Below, in pieces: positions 18,313 through 27,811 of a stretch of DNA of 64,000 nucleotides. The notes below the pieces were generated by a model. The model did not search any database, had not been told where the DNA came from, and saw nothing but the letters and a program-made list of their open reading frames with translations. This stretch comes from an uncultured Candidatus Saccharibacteria bacterium. Its GTDB lineage: Bacteria; Patescibacteriota; Minisyncoccia; Phycocordibacterales; Phycocordibacteraceae. The stretch lies in contig CAZJZB010000001.1 of NCBI GenBank assembly GCA_964550425.1, positions 3,509 through 67,508 of the forward strand, read 5' to 3'. The position numbers and the translations under genes are program-made. Each line of letters opens with the position of its first letter. Position 1 is the first letter of the stretch.

Positions 18313-18915
18313 ATGAAAATGAACACTCAACCACGCGCTTCAATGCTTATCCCAATGGTTATCGAGAAAAGTCAGTTTGGCGAGCGCGCCTATGACATTT
18401 ACTCGCGTCTTCTCAAGGAGCGTATCGTTTTTCTCGGCGGGCCTATTGATGACGACGTCGCGAATCTCGTCATCGCTCAGCTACTCTTCCTCGAAGCAGA
18501 AGATCCGAAGAAGGACATTTCGCTCTATATCAATTCCCCGGGTGGTTCGGTCACAGCAACGCTTGCGATGGTTGACACGATGAACCATGTGAAGCCCGCT
18601 GTCTCGACCGTCTGTGTCGGCATGGCGGCTTCCGGCGCGGCTATTCTCCTCTCCGCAGGAGAAAAAGGCAAGCGTTTTGCGCTCCCAAATGCCGAAGTGA
18701 TGATCCATCAGCCGCATGGCGGCGCCGAAGGTCAGGCGACCGATATCGAGATCACCGCAAAGCAGATCTTGAAGCTTCGAGCCGTACTGAACAAAATCCT
18801 TTCGAAAAACACCAGCCAGCCGCTCGCGAAGATAGAAAAAGACGTCGAACGTGACTTCTTCATGACTGCTGATGAAGCGAAGAAATACGGTCTTGTTGAT
18901 AAGGTGTATTCATAG
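18313..18915 (+). CDS. clpP: ATP-dependent Clp protease proteolytic subunit
   Basis: [25 protein letters not shown]. Confidence 0.97.
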   Translation: MKMNTQPRASMLIPMVIEKSQFGERAYDIYSRLLKERIVFLGGPIDDDVANLVIAQLLFLEAEDPKKDISLYINSPGGSVTATLAMVDTMNHVKPAVSTVCVGMAASGAAILLSAGEKGKRFALPNAEVMIHQPHGGAEGQATDIEITAKQILKLRAVLNKILSKNTSQPLAKIEKDVERDFFMTADEAKKYGLVDKVYS

Positions 18916-18927
18916 AATAGTTATTCT

Positions 18928-19425
18928 ATGAAAGAATTTCTTCAGACAGGATGGTTCAAGGTTGTTTTTGTTGTTGCAGTTCTACTATTGATGTGGGTTC
19001 TTACAACTAAAATTGCTGCTCATTTGGTTATTATAGTGAGTATTTATGTACTCGCCAGACTGCTAATAAAGATTGGCTCAACCACCGACGATATAGTTAG
19101 TAGGGCTAGTTGGGCAACAGGACTTTCTTTTATCATTGCTGTATTTGTTATACGTTTTCTAGAGGATGTGACAAATGTTGTCTTAAGCAGCGCAGAATCC
19201 TTTGATCTAGTCGTTCTAATAGTGCTTATTACACCAGCGTTTCTAATTATAAACGTATTGTTTAGAGGTCTCATCGGCTTTATCCAAAGATTTGTTCAAC
19301 TTCCTATTTCGATAAGTAACTTAGCATTCCAACCTCAACAAAATGTCACTAAAGAAATGGAAGCTTTTCTTATGAGTTTTTTGCTAGGGTTATTCCTATC
19401 CCTCATGATTGGAATATCAGCATAG
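18928..19425 (+). CDS. AT-rich hypothetical membrane protein
   Basis: Several hydrophobic segments; GC visibly lower than flanking genes. Confidence 0.7.
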   Translation: MKEFLQTGWFKVVFVVAVLLLMWVLTTKIAAHLVIIVSIYVLARLLIKIGSTTDDIVSRASWATGLSFIIAVFVIRFLEDVTNVVLSSAESFDLVVLIVLITPAFLIINVLFRGLIGFIQRFVQLPISISNLAFQPQQNVTKEMEAFLMSFLLGLFLSLMIGISA

Positions 19426-19525
19426 AAAACATACTAAAATAGTCAGGCGATGGTGATGTAATTGCAGACACGAGACATACGAGACAGCGCCTTGACAGCA
19501 CTATACCAAAGTATATACCTTGGTA

Positions 19526-19750
19526 ATGACTGCGAATACCAAGACATTGCTTATGGTAAAGATTGATAAAAAGCTTAAGGAACGTGCCGCACTGGTCGCC
19601 AAGAGGCTAGGTATGCCCCTCGGTACCATGATTGTCGCGCTTATTAAACAGCTCGTTGAGCAGTGTTATATTCTGCTTCGTTTGGACAAAAAAGCCTTCC
19701 CGATCGAAGAGTATGATCGCAAGTTGCGAGAACGGCATAGCGCACGTTAA
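19526..19750 (+). CDS. RelB/DinJ-like ribbon-helix-helix protein
   Basis: LMVKIDKKLKERAALVAKRLGMPLGTMI pattern. Confidence 0.7.
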   Translation: MTANTKTLLMVKIDKKLKERAALVAKRLGMPLGTMIVALIKQLVEQCYILLRLDKKAFPIEEYDRKLRERHSAR

Positions 19751-19790
19751 TTGACCCGCTATATGACAGATGATACACTTTTGGAACAGT

Positions 19791-20015
19791 ATGATTACCA
19801 AAATAAAAAAACGAATAAATATCAGCGTCTCAAAGGAGGTTGACGTGGCGGTATCGTTACTTGCAAGACGTGATCGCGTTCCGCATGCGACAAAAGTCGC
19901 CCATCTTCTCTCGCTCGCTCTTGAGATTGAAGAGGATCAAGCGCTTGATGCTCTTGCGGCGAGGCGGGATACGCCGCGAGCAAAATTTGTATCGCACGCG
20001 CTGGCATGGCGATAG
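19791..20015 (+). CDS. RHH-type antitoxin
   Basis: KKRINISV...ALEIEED; TTGACC-17-TACACT promoter upstream; overlaps the toxin gene. Confidence 0.75.
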   Translation: MITKIKKRINISVSKEVDVAVSLLARRDRVPHATKVAHLLSLALEIEEDQALDALAARRDTPRAKFVSHALAWR

Positions 20016-20296
20016 GATTTACGATTCTGTATCAATCGACAATAACGCAAGAGGATATTCCGCGCATTGCAGAAACTTGGCGAGAGAAGGTTGCGTCAGC
20101 TATTGCCGACAAACTCACCACATATCCAGATGTGTACGGCAAGCCACTGCGCAGATCGCTTCGCGGGTATCGTAAATTGCGAGTTGGCGATTATCGAGTA
20201 ATCTTTCGTATTGATGCGGCAGTAGTAAAGATATTTGCAATTGCGCACCGATCCGTAGTGTATAAAATCATGGAACATCGTTCCAGAAGTGTATAA
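20006..20296 (+). CDS. RelE/ParE family toxin
   Basis: GKPLRRSLRGYRKLRVGDYRVIF...IAHR. Confidence 0.9.
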   Translation: MAIGFTILYQSTITQEDIPRIAETWREKVASAIADKLTTYPDVYGKPLRRSLRGYRKLRVGDYRVIFRIDAAVVKIFAIAHRSVVYKIMEHRSRSV

Positions 20297-20424
20297 ATAG
20301 CCGAGTAGTGTTAGAGTCCACTCATACTGCTCCACTGAACAACTGACTTGACTGCTCTACCGCACCCCCTCTCTAGAATCTTATCCTGTTCATGAGCATA
20401 GAACAGGCCTAACAAAACGAGCGT

Positions 20425-21954
20425 ATGTCACTCAAAATCATATTAATAATGCTTGCGCTTTCCGGCGTCGGCGGCATCGTGCTCGGCTACGTGCTACGCG
20501 TTCTTATTGGTCTCGCGCAGCGCGGTTCGGTAGAGCTCGATATCAAACATAAACTGCTCACTGCCAAGGAACAGGCGGCGAAAATTATTGCCGATGCCGA
20601 GTTTCGCGGAGAGGTTATCGAGACGGAGCGTCTTGCACCTATCGAAGAACGCGAAGGAAAACTGGTTTCAAGAGAGGAGCGCCTCGCTTCACGAGAAGAG
20701 TTTCTTGATTCCCGCCAGCGTGATCTTGATGAAAAAGAGGCAAAGGTGCGAATCCGCGAACAGGAGGCGCAACGCGCAGAAGGTATCGCGGAGAATCTTT
20801 CCAAAGAACGTTCAAAGGAACTCGCAAAAGTCGCGCATCTCTCGGAAGCATCGGCGCGCGAGGAACTATTTTCTGAAATTGAACGCACTCATGAGGACGC
20901 GATACTCCTGCGGTTGCAGAAGCTTGCTGCAAACGGGCGCGAGCGTCTTGAGGACAAAGCACGTTCTATTCTCACCAGCGCCATCCACCGTCTCGGGAAC
21001 GCTGTAAATGCCGAGACGATGTCGCTCTCGGTCATGATCCCATCGGAGGATATAAAGGGAAAGATTATCGGGAAGGAAGGCCGTAATATCAAGGCCTTTG
21101 AACGCGCAACAGGCGTTGATGTCATCATCGATGATGCGCCGGACCGAATAACCCTTTCCTCTTTTGATCCGCTGCGCCGCGCTATTGCGAAGGTTGCGCT
21201 TGAAAAACTTATTGCCGATGGCCGCATCCAGCCGGCAAAGATAGATGAAACCGTTGAGAAAACGCGTGCAGAAGTTGCCGATATTGTGAAGCAGAAAGGT
21301 GAAGCCGCGGCGTATGATGTTGGCGTTATCGGGCTTGACCCAAAGCTGACGGCACTTCTTGGGCGTTTGCACTTCCGCACGAGTTACGGGCAGAACGTAC
21401 TCACTCATTCTATCGAGATGGCGCATATCGCCGGCATGCTTGCTGCGGAGCTCGGCGCTGATGTCGCTGTGGCACGTATGGGCGCGCTTCTGCATGATAT
21501 CGGAAAAGCGGTTGATCATGAGGTGCAGGGTACCCATGTCGAGATCGGGCACCGGATTCTCGAGAAATTCGGTGTTGATAAACGCGTCATTCTCGCGATG
21601 CAGTCGCATCACGAAGAATATCCGTACGAAACACCCGAAGCGATCATCGTGCAAGTGGCGGATGCTATTTCAGGCGGCCGACCGGGCGCTCGTCGCGACA
21701 CGGTCGACCGGTATCTCGAACGCCTCGGCGATCTTGAACGCCTCGCAGGCACCTTTGAGGGTGTCGAGAAGGTATATGCCATAGCAGCCGGTCGTGAAAT
21801 TCGCGTTTTTGTGAATCCCGGTAAAATCTCAGATGTCGCGATGCATAAGCTCGCGCGCGATATAGCGAAACGCATACAAGATGAATTGAGATACCCGGGC
21901 GAAATCAAAGTAAATATCATCCGCGAGAATCGTGTCGTTGAGTTCGCGCGATAA
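20425..21954 (+). CDS. rny: Ribonuclease Y
   Basis: N-terminal TM, coiled coil, KH (KGKIIGKEGRNI), HD (LLHDIGK), RPGAR. Confidence 0.96.
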   Translation: MSLKIILIMLALSGVGGIVLGYVLRVLIGLAQRGSVELDIKHKLLTAKEQAAKIIADAEFRGEVIETERLAPIEEREGKLVSREERLASREEFLDSRQRDLDEKEAKVRIREQEAQRAEGIAENLSKERSKELAKVAHLSEASAREELFSEIERTHEDAILLRLQKLAANGRERLEDKARSILTSAIHRLGNAVNAETMSLSVMIPSEDIKGKIIGKEGRNIKAFERATGVDVIIDDAPDRITLSSFDPLRRAIAKVALEKLIADGRIQPAKIDETVEKTRAEVADIVKQKGEAAAYDVGVIGLDPKLTALLGRLHFRTSYGQNVLTHSIEMAHIAGMLAAELGADVAVARMGALLHDIGKAVDHEVQGTHVEIGHRILEKFGVDKRVILAMQSHHEEYPYETPEAIIVQVADAISGGRPGARRDTVDRYLERLGDLERLAGTFEGVEKVYAIAAGREIRVFVNPGKISDVAMHKLARDIAKRIQDELRYPGEIKVNIIRENRVVEFAR

Positions 21955-22158
21955 GCCAAGATTGCTCCCACAGCTCGTATCGATTACGTCATGCAGCCCC
22001 AGTTCAATTTTCTCATCAAGGGATTCTTGTGTTTATCATTGATTTCGCACTATCCACGCAATCTTGGCAACCCCCATTGCGTAATATGGCGCATTTCCTA
22101 TACTTCTTCTCATACCCACTCCGAGATAGGTCGTGGGATTAGCAATTAGCAGATATTC

Positions 22159-22431
22159 ATGAATAAAGCAGACATTGTTGATAAGGTACACGGCGTTCTC
22201 GGTTCAACGAAGGCCGACGCCGAACGTGTCGTCGAGACGGTTATCGACTCAATCGTTTCCGGTCTCAAATCAGGGGACGAGGTGTCCATCGCCGGTCTCG
22301 GAATCTTTGCGACGAAAGCACGTCCTGCCCGCCAAGGCCGCAATCCCCGCACTGGCGAGACGATTCGCATCGCCGCAAGCCGCACAGCGAAGTTCCGCGC
22401 CGCAAAGGCGTTGAAAGACGCAGTGAAGTAA
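22159..22431 (+). CDS. hup: DNA-binding protein HU
   Basis: MNKAD..., GLGIF, RPARQGRNPRTGE, ALKDAVK. Confidence 0.95.
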   Translation: MNKADIVDKVHGVLGSTKADAERVVETVIDSIVSGLKSGDEVSIAGLGIFATKARPARQGRNPRTGETIRIAASRTAKFRAAKALKDAVK

Positions 22432-22438
22432 CTAACTC

Positions 22439-22480
22439 AAAAAACAACGTGGCGCCCTCCGGGCGCCACGTTGTTTTTTT
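22439..22480 (+). terminator. Bidirectional intrinsic terminator
   Basis: aaaaaacaacgtggcgccc-tcc-gggcgccacgttgttttttt. Confidence 0.85.
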
Positions 22481-22500
22481 GCAAACCAGAAACAATTTTG

Positions 22501-22572
22501 TGCGGGCGGCGGGAGTCGAACCCGCGCTGACTGCTTGGAAGGCAGCCGTCATAGCCGTTAGACCACGCCCGC
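22501..22572 (-). tRNA. tRNA-Gly(TCC), CCA not encoded
   Basis: GCGGGCG acceptor, GCTGC-CTTCCAA-GCAGT anticodon arm, GGTTCGACTCC T-arm. Confidence 0.93.
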
Positions 22573-22686
22573 GCTTGCCCTTCGTAGCTCAAAGAGCGTA
22601 GTAGGGTTAGTGCGAGAATACCAGGAAACGAGTGTCCGTGCGAAGTATTTTGCACACTGTCTTTCAAAACGATTGTGCGCTAGCGT

Positions 22687-23835
22687 ATGGGGATGAACCA
22701 CCTTGCGCCCTATCTCGGCATCGTAACTGCCCTTTTTATTGGTATTTTTATCGCCGCTTTTTATAGCACTCACACCACTTCGCCCGTTTCAACAACCACA
22801 GTTCCTACATCCTCTCCAACGCTTTCTGTAGCACCACATCCCCCTCCGCTCCCGCCTCCATCGCAAGAGAATATCGCGACAAGTACCACATCATCCACGA
22901 TTCCCGTTCAAAAGAAAAAAGTTATTGCGCCTTCGGATCCAATCGTATCTACATCATCTGCTTCACAACCGGTCTCTATTTCAACAACGCTCACCCAATC
23001 TGAAAGTGCAGCACTCGATGCTGCCGCATCGGCGCTGCGTAGCGCACTCGTGAATATCATCTGCAATGTTTCTGCCGGAGGCGGCTTGCGCTCCATTAGC
23101 GGCAGCGGCGTTTTCATCGATCCTAAAGGCATCATCCTCACCAACGCGCATATTGCACAACATTTTCTCCTAGCCGACCGTAACGTTTCCTGCGTCATTC
23201 GCTCGGGAAGTCCTGCTACGGAGAGGTATGCTGCCGCACTTATATATATTTCACCTGATTGGCTTAAAGTGAATGCGGGAACACTTACCGAGGCGCTGCC
23301 AAGCGGGACCGGCGAATACGACTTCGCGCTCCTCGCGGTCTCTAAAAGCGCTACGACCGCGGTACTTCCCGCCGTATTCCCTTTCGTACCGCTCGCCACC
23401 ATACCGTCCTCTTCCAAAACACCAGTCGTCATTGCTTCCTACGGCGCGCAATTTCTCGAATCGAATCAGGTGCGGTTCTCTCTCTTCCCAACGATCGTTT
23501 TCGGTTCCGTGAAAGATGTATTTACTTTTGCTGTGAATAGTATCGATGTATTGGCGCTGGGCGGATCGGCTGCCGCGCAGGAGGGCTCTTCAGGCGGGGG
23601 CGTGGTCGATGCGGCCGGCGCTCTCATCGGCACTATCACTACCAGTACGGTTAAGGGCGCGACCAATACGCGTTCTTTAAACGCCATTACGGCATCTTAT
23701 ATTCGTGCCGAGTATGCAAGTGAGACAGGGGACGCTCTCGATCTTCTTCTTTCTAAACCGACCACCACTTCCATCAATGATTTCGCGCCGCAGATACCGG
23801 CTCTTGAATCAATCCTCACCGCTCATTTGCCTTAA
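22687..23835 (+). CDS. Membrane-anchored trypsin-like serine protease
   Basis: ILTNAH, YDFALL, QEGSSGG catalytic triad; Pro/Ser/Thr linker. Confidence 0.85.
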   Translation: MGMNHLAPYLGIVTALFIGIFIAAFYSTHTTSPVSTTTVPTSSPTLSVAPHPPPLPPPSQENIATSTTSSTIPVQKKKVIAPSDPIVSTSSASQPVSISTTLTQSESAALDAAASALRSALVNIICNVSAGGGLRSISGSGVFIDPKGIILTNAHIAQHFLLADRNVSCVIRSGSPATERYAAALIYISPDWLKVNAGTLTEALPSGTGEYDFALLAVSKSATTAVLPAVFPFVPLATIPSSSKTPVVIASYGAQFLESNQVRFSLFPTIVFGSVKDVFTFAVNSIDVLALGGSAAAQEGSSGGGVVDAAGALIGTITTSTVKGATNTRSLNAITASYIRAEYASETGDALDLLLSKPTTTSINDFAPQIPALESILTAHLP

Positions 23836-23838
23836 CTA

Positions 23839-23909
23839 TCGGGCCGCCGAGAATTGGACTCGGTCTACCTGCTCCCAAAGCAGGCGTACTACCGGCATAC
23901 TCCGGCCCG
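23839..23909 (-). tRNA. tRNA-Pro(TGG), CCA not encoded
   Basis: CGGGCCG acceptor, CCTGC-TTTGGGA-GCAGG anticodon arm; atypical T-loop TCCAATT. Confidence 0.88.
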
Positions 23910-23929
23910 TTGCTCCGCACTGTAACACC

Positions 23930-24328
23930 CTATACGATTTGTGGTAGGTAGGTGATGCGCGCTGCACCGTCCCGACGTCGCAGCCAGACGAGACAACCGT
24001 CTATCTGCCACTCCCCTTCCCAATTTTTCTCAGAGACATACCACTCTCCCGTCCGCGCGACCTTCCGAATTTTTGCCGCATGAAGATTAAGAGATGGGTC
24101 ATACGCATCTTCCCCTTTACATTCCGCCAGAGGGAATTCGTCGGCAAGTACCGTCTTCACTTCAACAAAGTGCAGCGTACTTTCTTTCTCTGCGATTATG
24201 TCGAGCTCACCGGTCTTGCGCGCAAAATTTCGATCTCTGATAAAGAAACCGTGCCGTCGTAAGTACTCGGCAGCTACATTCTCGCCAAAGGTACCCACTT
24301 CCTTACGAGTTTTAGAAGATAGATCCAC
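23930..24328 (-). CDS. yraN: YraN (UPF0102) family nuclease
   Basis: GENVAAEYL, RNF, GELDII, HFVEVK. Confidence 0.9.
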   Translation of the reverse strand: MDLSSKTRKEVGTFGENVAAEYLRRHGFFIRDRNFARKTGELDIIAEKESTLHFVEVKTVLADEFPLAECKGEDAYDPSLNLHAAKIRKVARTGEWYVSEKNWEGEWQIDGCLVWLRRRDGAARITYLPQIV

Positions 24329-24459
24329 GGCCTTTAGAAATATGGCTCATTCGTTGAGTATACTCTAGGACCACTCTTAGAAATAGTTATTAGACGCATG
24401 TCCTTTATCCCCAGTATCCCCAATGTTATCCACTTACGACACGGAACCAAAAGACACAC

Positions 24460-24485
24460 AAAAATGGCTCAATCGAGCCATTTTT
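24460..24485. terminator. Terminator downstream of tRNA-Gly(GCC) and its element
   Basis: aaaaatggctc-aatc-gagccattttt. Confidence 0.7.
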
Positions 24486-24519
24486 GCGTTTAAGAAACTT
24501 TAAGTCAAATCTATCTTTC

Positions 24520-24676
24520 GGTGCGGGGGAGAACCGTGATTACACTTTCGGCCACGGATAATTTTCTCGCCGCCGCTCGAAAATTTCCTCGGCCCCGCCT
24601 CGCGGTTTTGCCTGTTGGCAAAACATCGCTCCGGCATTCGATTCTCCCTACTCGTCCCATCCTCGCTATGCTCGTC
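24520..24676 (-). repeat. tRNA-3'-associated fold-back element A
   Basis: 18 bp inverted copy of the tRNA-Gly 3' end at 24637-24654, degenerate direct copy at 24520-24533, terminal motifs shared with element B. Confidence 0.75.
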
Positions 24677-24750
24677 TGGTGCGAGTAGGGAGAATCGAAC
24701 TCCCATCATCTGATTGGCAACCAGATGTTCTACCATTGAACCATACCCGC
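24677..24750 (-). tRNA. tRNA-Gly(GCC), CCA encoded
   Basis: GCGGGTA...TCTGG-TTGCCAA-TCAGA...GGAGTTCGATTCTCCCTACTCGCACCA. Confidence 0.94.
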
Positions 24751-24970
24751 GCTAGGCGACATGATACCATGTCGCCAGTTTTTATTTCCAGTGCAGTATT
24801 CTTGAATTAGTCCGAACGCATTTCGCCGCCTGCGGCGGTAAAGAAGTCCCCCCGCGAAAATTCGGAAAGGCGGCGGGCCGCGCCGCTGATTCAGCAGAAT
24901 CACCTACTGGGTGACAATTTCAAGTTTTTCTTTGGCGGCATTCAATTATGAATTTACAAAATAAATACAA

Positions 24971-25852
24971 CTACGCCTTAGGAGTTTCAATATTTCCTCC
25001 CTCAATCGGGTTTACTTCCGGCTTTATTTCACCTGGCGGAATTTCACCCTCCGGAACTTCTAACTTTTCCTCTGGCTTAGGTTCTTCGGGCTTCTCCTCT
25101 TCCAGCTTCTGTTTTTCTTCTTCCAATTTTTTGTCCACGCGCTCGGTTGCTTCTTTGGTTAAGTCCTCATCAAATTTTTTCAAAAGGTCTGGTAATGCTT
25201 CAAGAATTTTTGGCAGTAGTTTAATTCCTTCTTTGAAAGCTTTCGCCAAAGATTGCGCCATTTCCGGATTGAGAGAACCCATTGACTTGCTTTCAACATT
25301 TCGTCCCTCAGGAGTTTTCCCGCTCTTAAAAATGCTTTCAAAGTCACGGGGATTAAGTCCCTCAAATTCCTTGAACACTTCGTCAAGTTTTTCTTGTAGA
25401 ATTTTTTCTTTTTCTTCGCGGATAAGCCGTTCTTTTTCCTGTTGGCTGATAAGTTCCTCTTTTTGTTTTTCTAATCCTTCTTGTTCGGCTTTGAGTTTTT
25501 CCAATTTATCTTTTTCTGAAAACACACTTGGCGGGTCTTCTTCTGTTGGCGGAAGTCCAAGTTTTTCTCTCGCGGCGTTTAGGGCAGATTTTGTTCCTTC
25601 AACAGATTCTGATAAACGAGTTATTTCTTCTTGCTTGGCCTTGGCTTCGCCCTCTAAATTTTTAAGCTGTTCTTCCGGCGATAATTCAGGTTCTTCTGCT
25701 ACTTGTTCTTGCCCTTCTTCTGCTTTTAATTTTTCCAATTCTTCCGGTGTAAGTTCGCCCTCCAGTTTTTTCCCAGCATTAACATCAGCACCAACCTCGT
25801 TGGGATTTAGTTCTGCATTATTCGTATTTGGAGCACCTTCAAATTTTGGCAT
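24971..25852 (-). CDS. AT-rich acidic coiled-coil hypothetical protein (islet cargo)
   Basis: Glu/Lys-rich 293 aa ORF from ATG 25852; low GC; lies between two tRNA genes. Confidence 0.8.
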   Translation of the reverse strand: MPKFEGAPNTNNAELNPNEVGADVNAGKKLEGELTPEELEKLKAEEGQEQVAEEPELSPEEQLKNLEGEAKAKQEEITRLSESVEGTKSALNAAREKLGLPPTEEDPPSVFSEKDKLEKLKAEQEGLEKQKEELISQQEKERLIREEKEKILQEKLDEVFKEFEGLNPRDFESIFKSGKTPEGRNVESKSMGSLNPEMAQSLAKAFKEGIKLLPKILEALPDLLKKFDEDLTKEATERVDKKLEEEKQKLEEEKPEEPKPEEKLEVPEGEIPPGEIKPEVNPIEGGNIETPKA

Positions 25853-25985
25853 AGTTTTTGTTGAATGTATTAAAAAATTTTCTTCCCCCAAAATTAAAAT
25901 ATGGTTCGAGCCGATGTTTTTCTCCGGGTTCTTTTGCGGTTTTGAGCGGTATTGTTCGCACTTCCATTTTAGCATAATTCCTTTC

Positions 25986-26151
25986 TGGTGCGCCCGCCAG
26001 GACCGCGATTACGCTTATCGAAACTTACAGTTTCAGTACACCTTGCGGATTTTCTGTTCGCTTCGCTTCATAAAATGCTCGCAAGGTCTTCGATTCCTGT
26101 TCGCACGCCTCCCAGGCGTGCTTCGGGGCACATTCTCGCTTTGCTCGTATG
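25986..26151 (-). repeat. tRNA-3'-associated fold-back element B
   Basis: 15 bp direct copy of the tRNA-Arg 3' end (25988-26002) extended to CCA; inverted copy ttcgattcctg at 26089-26099. Confidence 0.78.
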
Positions 26152-26224
26152 TGCGCCCGCCAGGAATCGAACCCGGAACCTCTTCGTCCGAAGCGAAGCG
26201 CTCTATCCGTTGAGCTACGGGCGC
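26152..26224 (-). tRNA. tRNA-Arg(TCG), CCA not encoded
   Basis: GCGCCCG acceptor, CTTCG-CTTCGGA-CGAAG anticodon arm, GGTTCGATTCC. Confidence 0.93.
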
Positions 26225-26313
26225 GTAGCGAGGATGAGAGAATGTGAGTACTCCAACATTCTCTCGCCCCGAGCGCACAACCCCATACTACGACACTGTG
26301 CTACGATTCGGAA

Positions 26314-27777
26314 ATGCACTATCGTATTCCGAATGAAGTTGCAAAGGTGGGTGATGGCCTGCGCGGCGCTGGATTTGAGTCATATCTTGTCGGCGGATGC
26401 GTTCGCGACCTTGTTATCGGGCGAGAACCCAAGGATTGGGACATTACCACTAATGCAACACCGGAGCAGATTCAGGCCGTATTTCCCGACTCTTTTTACG
26501 AAAATGATTACGGCACAGTCGGAGTGAAGACGGGCTCAGATGATTCTCGCCTTTCCATCATTGAGGTAACTCCCTATCGCACCGAATCCGCCTATTCCGA
26601 TAAGCGCCGGCCGGACAAAGTAGAATTCGGCACTTCCCTTCCAGAAGACCTCGCGCGCCGCGACTTCACCATAAATGCCATTGCACTAGACGATTCTAAA
26701 GGACACATAATTGATCCCTACGAAGGTCAAAAGGACATAAAGGACAAAATGGTACGAGCAGTCGGTAACGCCTCCGAGCGACTCAATGAAGACGCTCTAC
26801 GCATGCTGCGTGCGGTCCGTTTAGTCGCTGAGCTTGAATTCGGTATAGAAAGTAATACCGCAGCCGCCATAAGCGAAAATAGCAAGCATTTAAGACATGT
26901 TTCACGTGAAAGGATTCGTGATGAGTTCATTAGGATATTGAATTCAAGCCAGCCGATGAATGCTCTTGTTCTCGCACAGCAACTTGGCATCCTGGAATTC
27001 ATTGTCCCTGACATTATTCGCGGCATTGGCGTTGAGCAGAACCAGGCCCATTCATATGACGTTTTCGGACATAATCTCCGGACTATGCAGCATGCGGCTG
27101 ACAAAGAGTGGGGATTTGATATCCGTCTTGCTGGTCTCTATCACGACATTTCAAAACCGGAGACCCGTCGTTGGTCTGAAGAGAAAAAGGACTGGACATT
27201 CCATGGTCATGAAGTTGTTGGTTCACGTGTAACAAAGAAAGCCCTTGAAGATCTACATTTTTCACGCGAAACAATAGATAAAGTCGTTAAATTAGTACGA
27301 TGGCACATGTTTTTCTCTGATCCAGAGCAAATTACACTCTCCGCTGTGCGCCGCATGATAAAGAACGTTGGCGAAGAAAATATATGGGACTTACTCAATC
27401 TCCGTATCTGCGACCGTGTCGGGACTGGTCGGCCAAAGGAACAGCCATTTCGGTTCCGCAAGTATAAAGCGATGGTTGACCAAGCGCTTCGCGATCCAAT
27501 ATCTGTATCTATGCTTAAGACAGACGGTAGGCATATTATGGATAAGTTTCATATGAAACCAGGACCTAAAATAGGATGGACACTCAATGCTCTTCTTGAG
27601 GAAATACTTGATGATTCTGATAAAAATACAGAGGAATATCTCGATAAAAGGACAGAAAACCTACTTAAAATGCCTGAAGATGAGCTAAAGAAGCTCGGAG
27701 AGGCGGGGAAGTTGCGTCGTGAAGCAGCTGAAGATGAGGAAATAAAGCATATAATGGAGAAATATCACGTCTGTTAG
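26314..27777 (+). CDS. cca: CCA-adding tRNA nucleotidyltransferase with HD domain
   Basis: LVGGCVRD, DWD, RRDFTINA, EDALRMLRAVR, LYHDISK. Confidence 0.92.
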   Translation: MHYRIPNEVAKVGDGLRGAGFESYLVGGCVRDLVIGREPKDWDITTNATPEQIQAVFPDSFYENDYGTVGVKTGSDDSRLSIIEVTPYRTESAYSDKRRPDKVEFGTSLPEDLARRDFTINAIALDDSKGHIIDPYEGQKDIKDKMVRAVGNASERLNEDALRMLRAVRLVAELEFGIESNTAAAISENSKHLRHVSRERIRDEFIRILNSSQPMNALVLAQQLGILEFIVPDIIRGIGVEQNQAHSYDVFGHNLRTMQHAADKEWGFDIRLAGLYHDISKPETRRWSEEKKDWTFHGHEVVGSRVTKKALEDLHFSRETIDKVVKLVRWHMFFSDPEQITLSAVRRMIKNVGEENIWDLLNLRICDRVGTGRPKEQPFRFRKYKAMVDQALRDPISVSMLKTDGRHIMDKFHMKPGPKIGWTLNALLEEILDDSDKNTEEYLDKRTENLLKMPEDELKKLGEAGKLRREAAEDEEIKHIMEKYHVC

Positions 27778-27811
27778 CGTTTTTTAACATCAAAATGGTT
27801 CACGTGTAACA
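26898..27811. promoter_or_regulatory. Cluster of parS-like sites
   Basis: tgtttcacgtgaaagg (26898), tggttcacgtgtaaca (27219 and 27796, identical), tttttcacgcgaaaca (27258), agtttcatatgaaacc (27545), compared with consensus TGTTNCACGTGAAACA. Confidence 0.7.

Noticed and set aside
25986-26099. Second tRNA-Arg gene or group I intron-containing tRNA
   Set aside because: No 5' half, D-arm or anticodon arm, and no group I core motifs; treated as part of the fold-back element.
24948-26213. 421 aa plus-strand Ser/Phe-rich ORF
   Set aside because: Antisense shadow of the Glu/Lys-rich gene and runs through tRNA-Arg.
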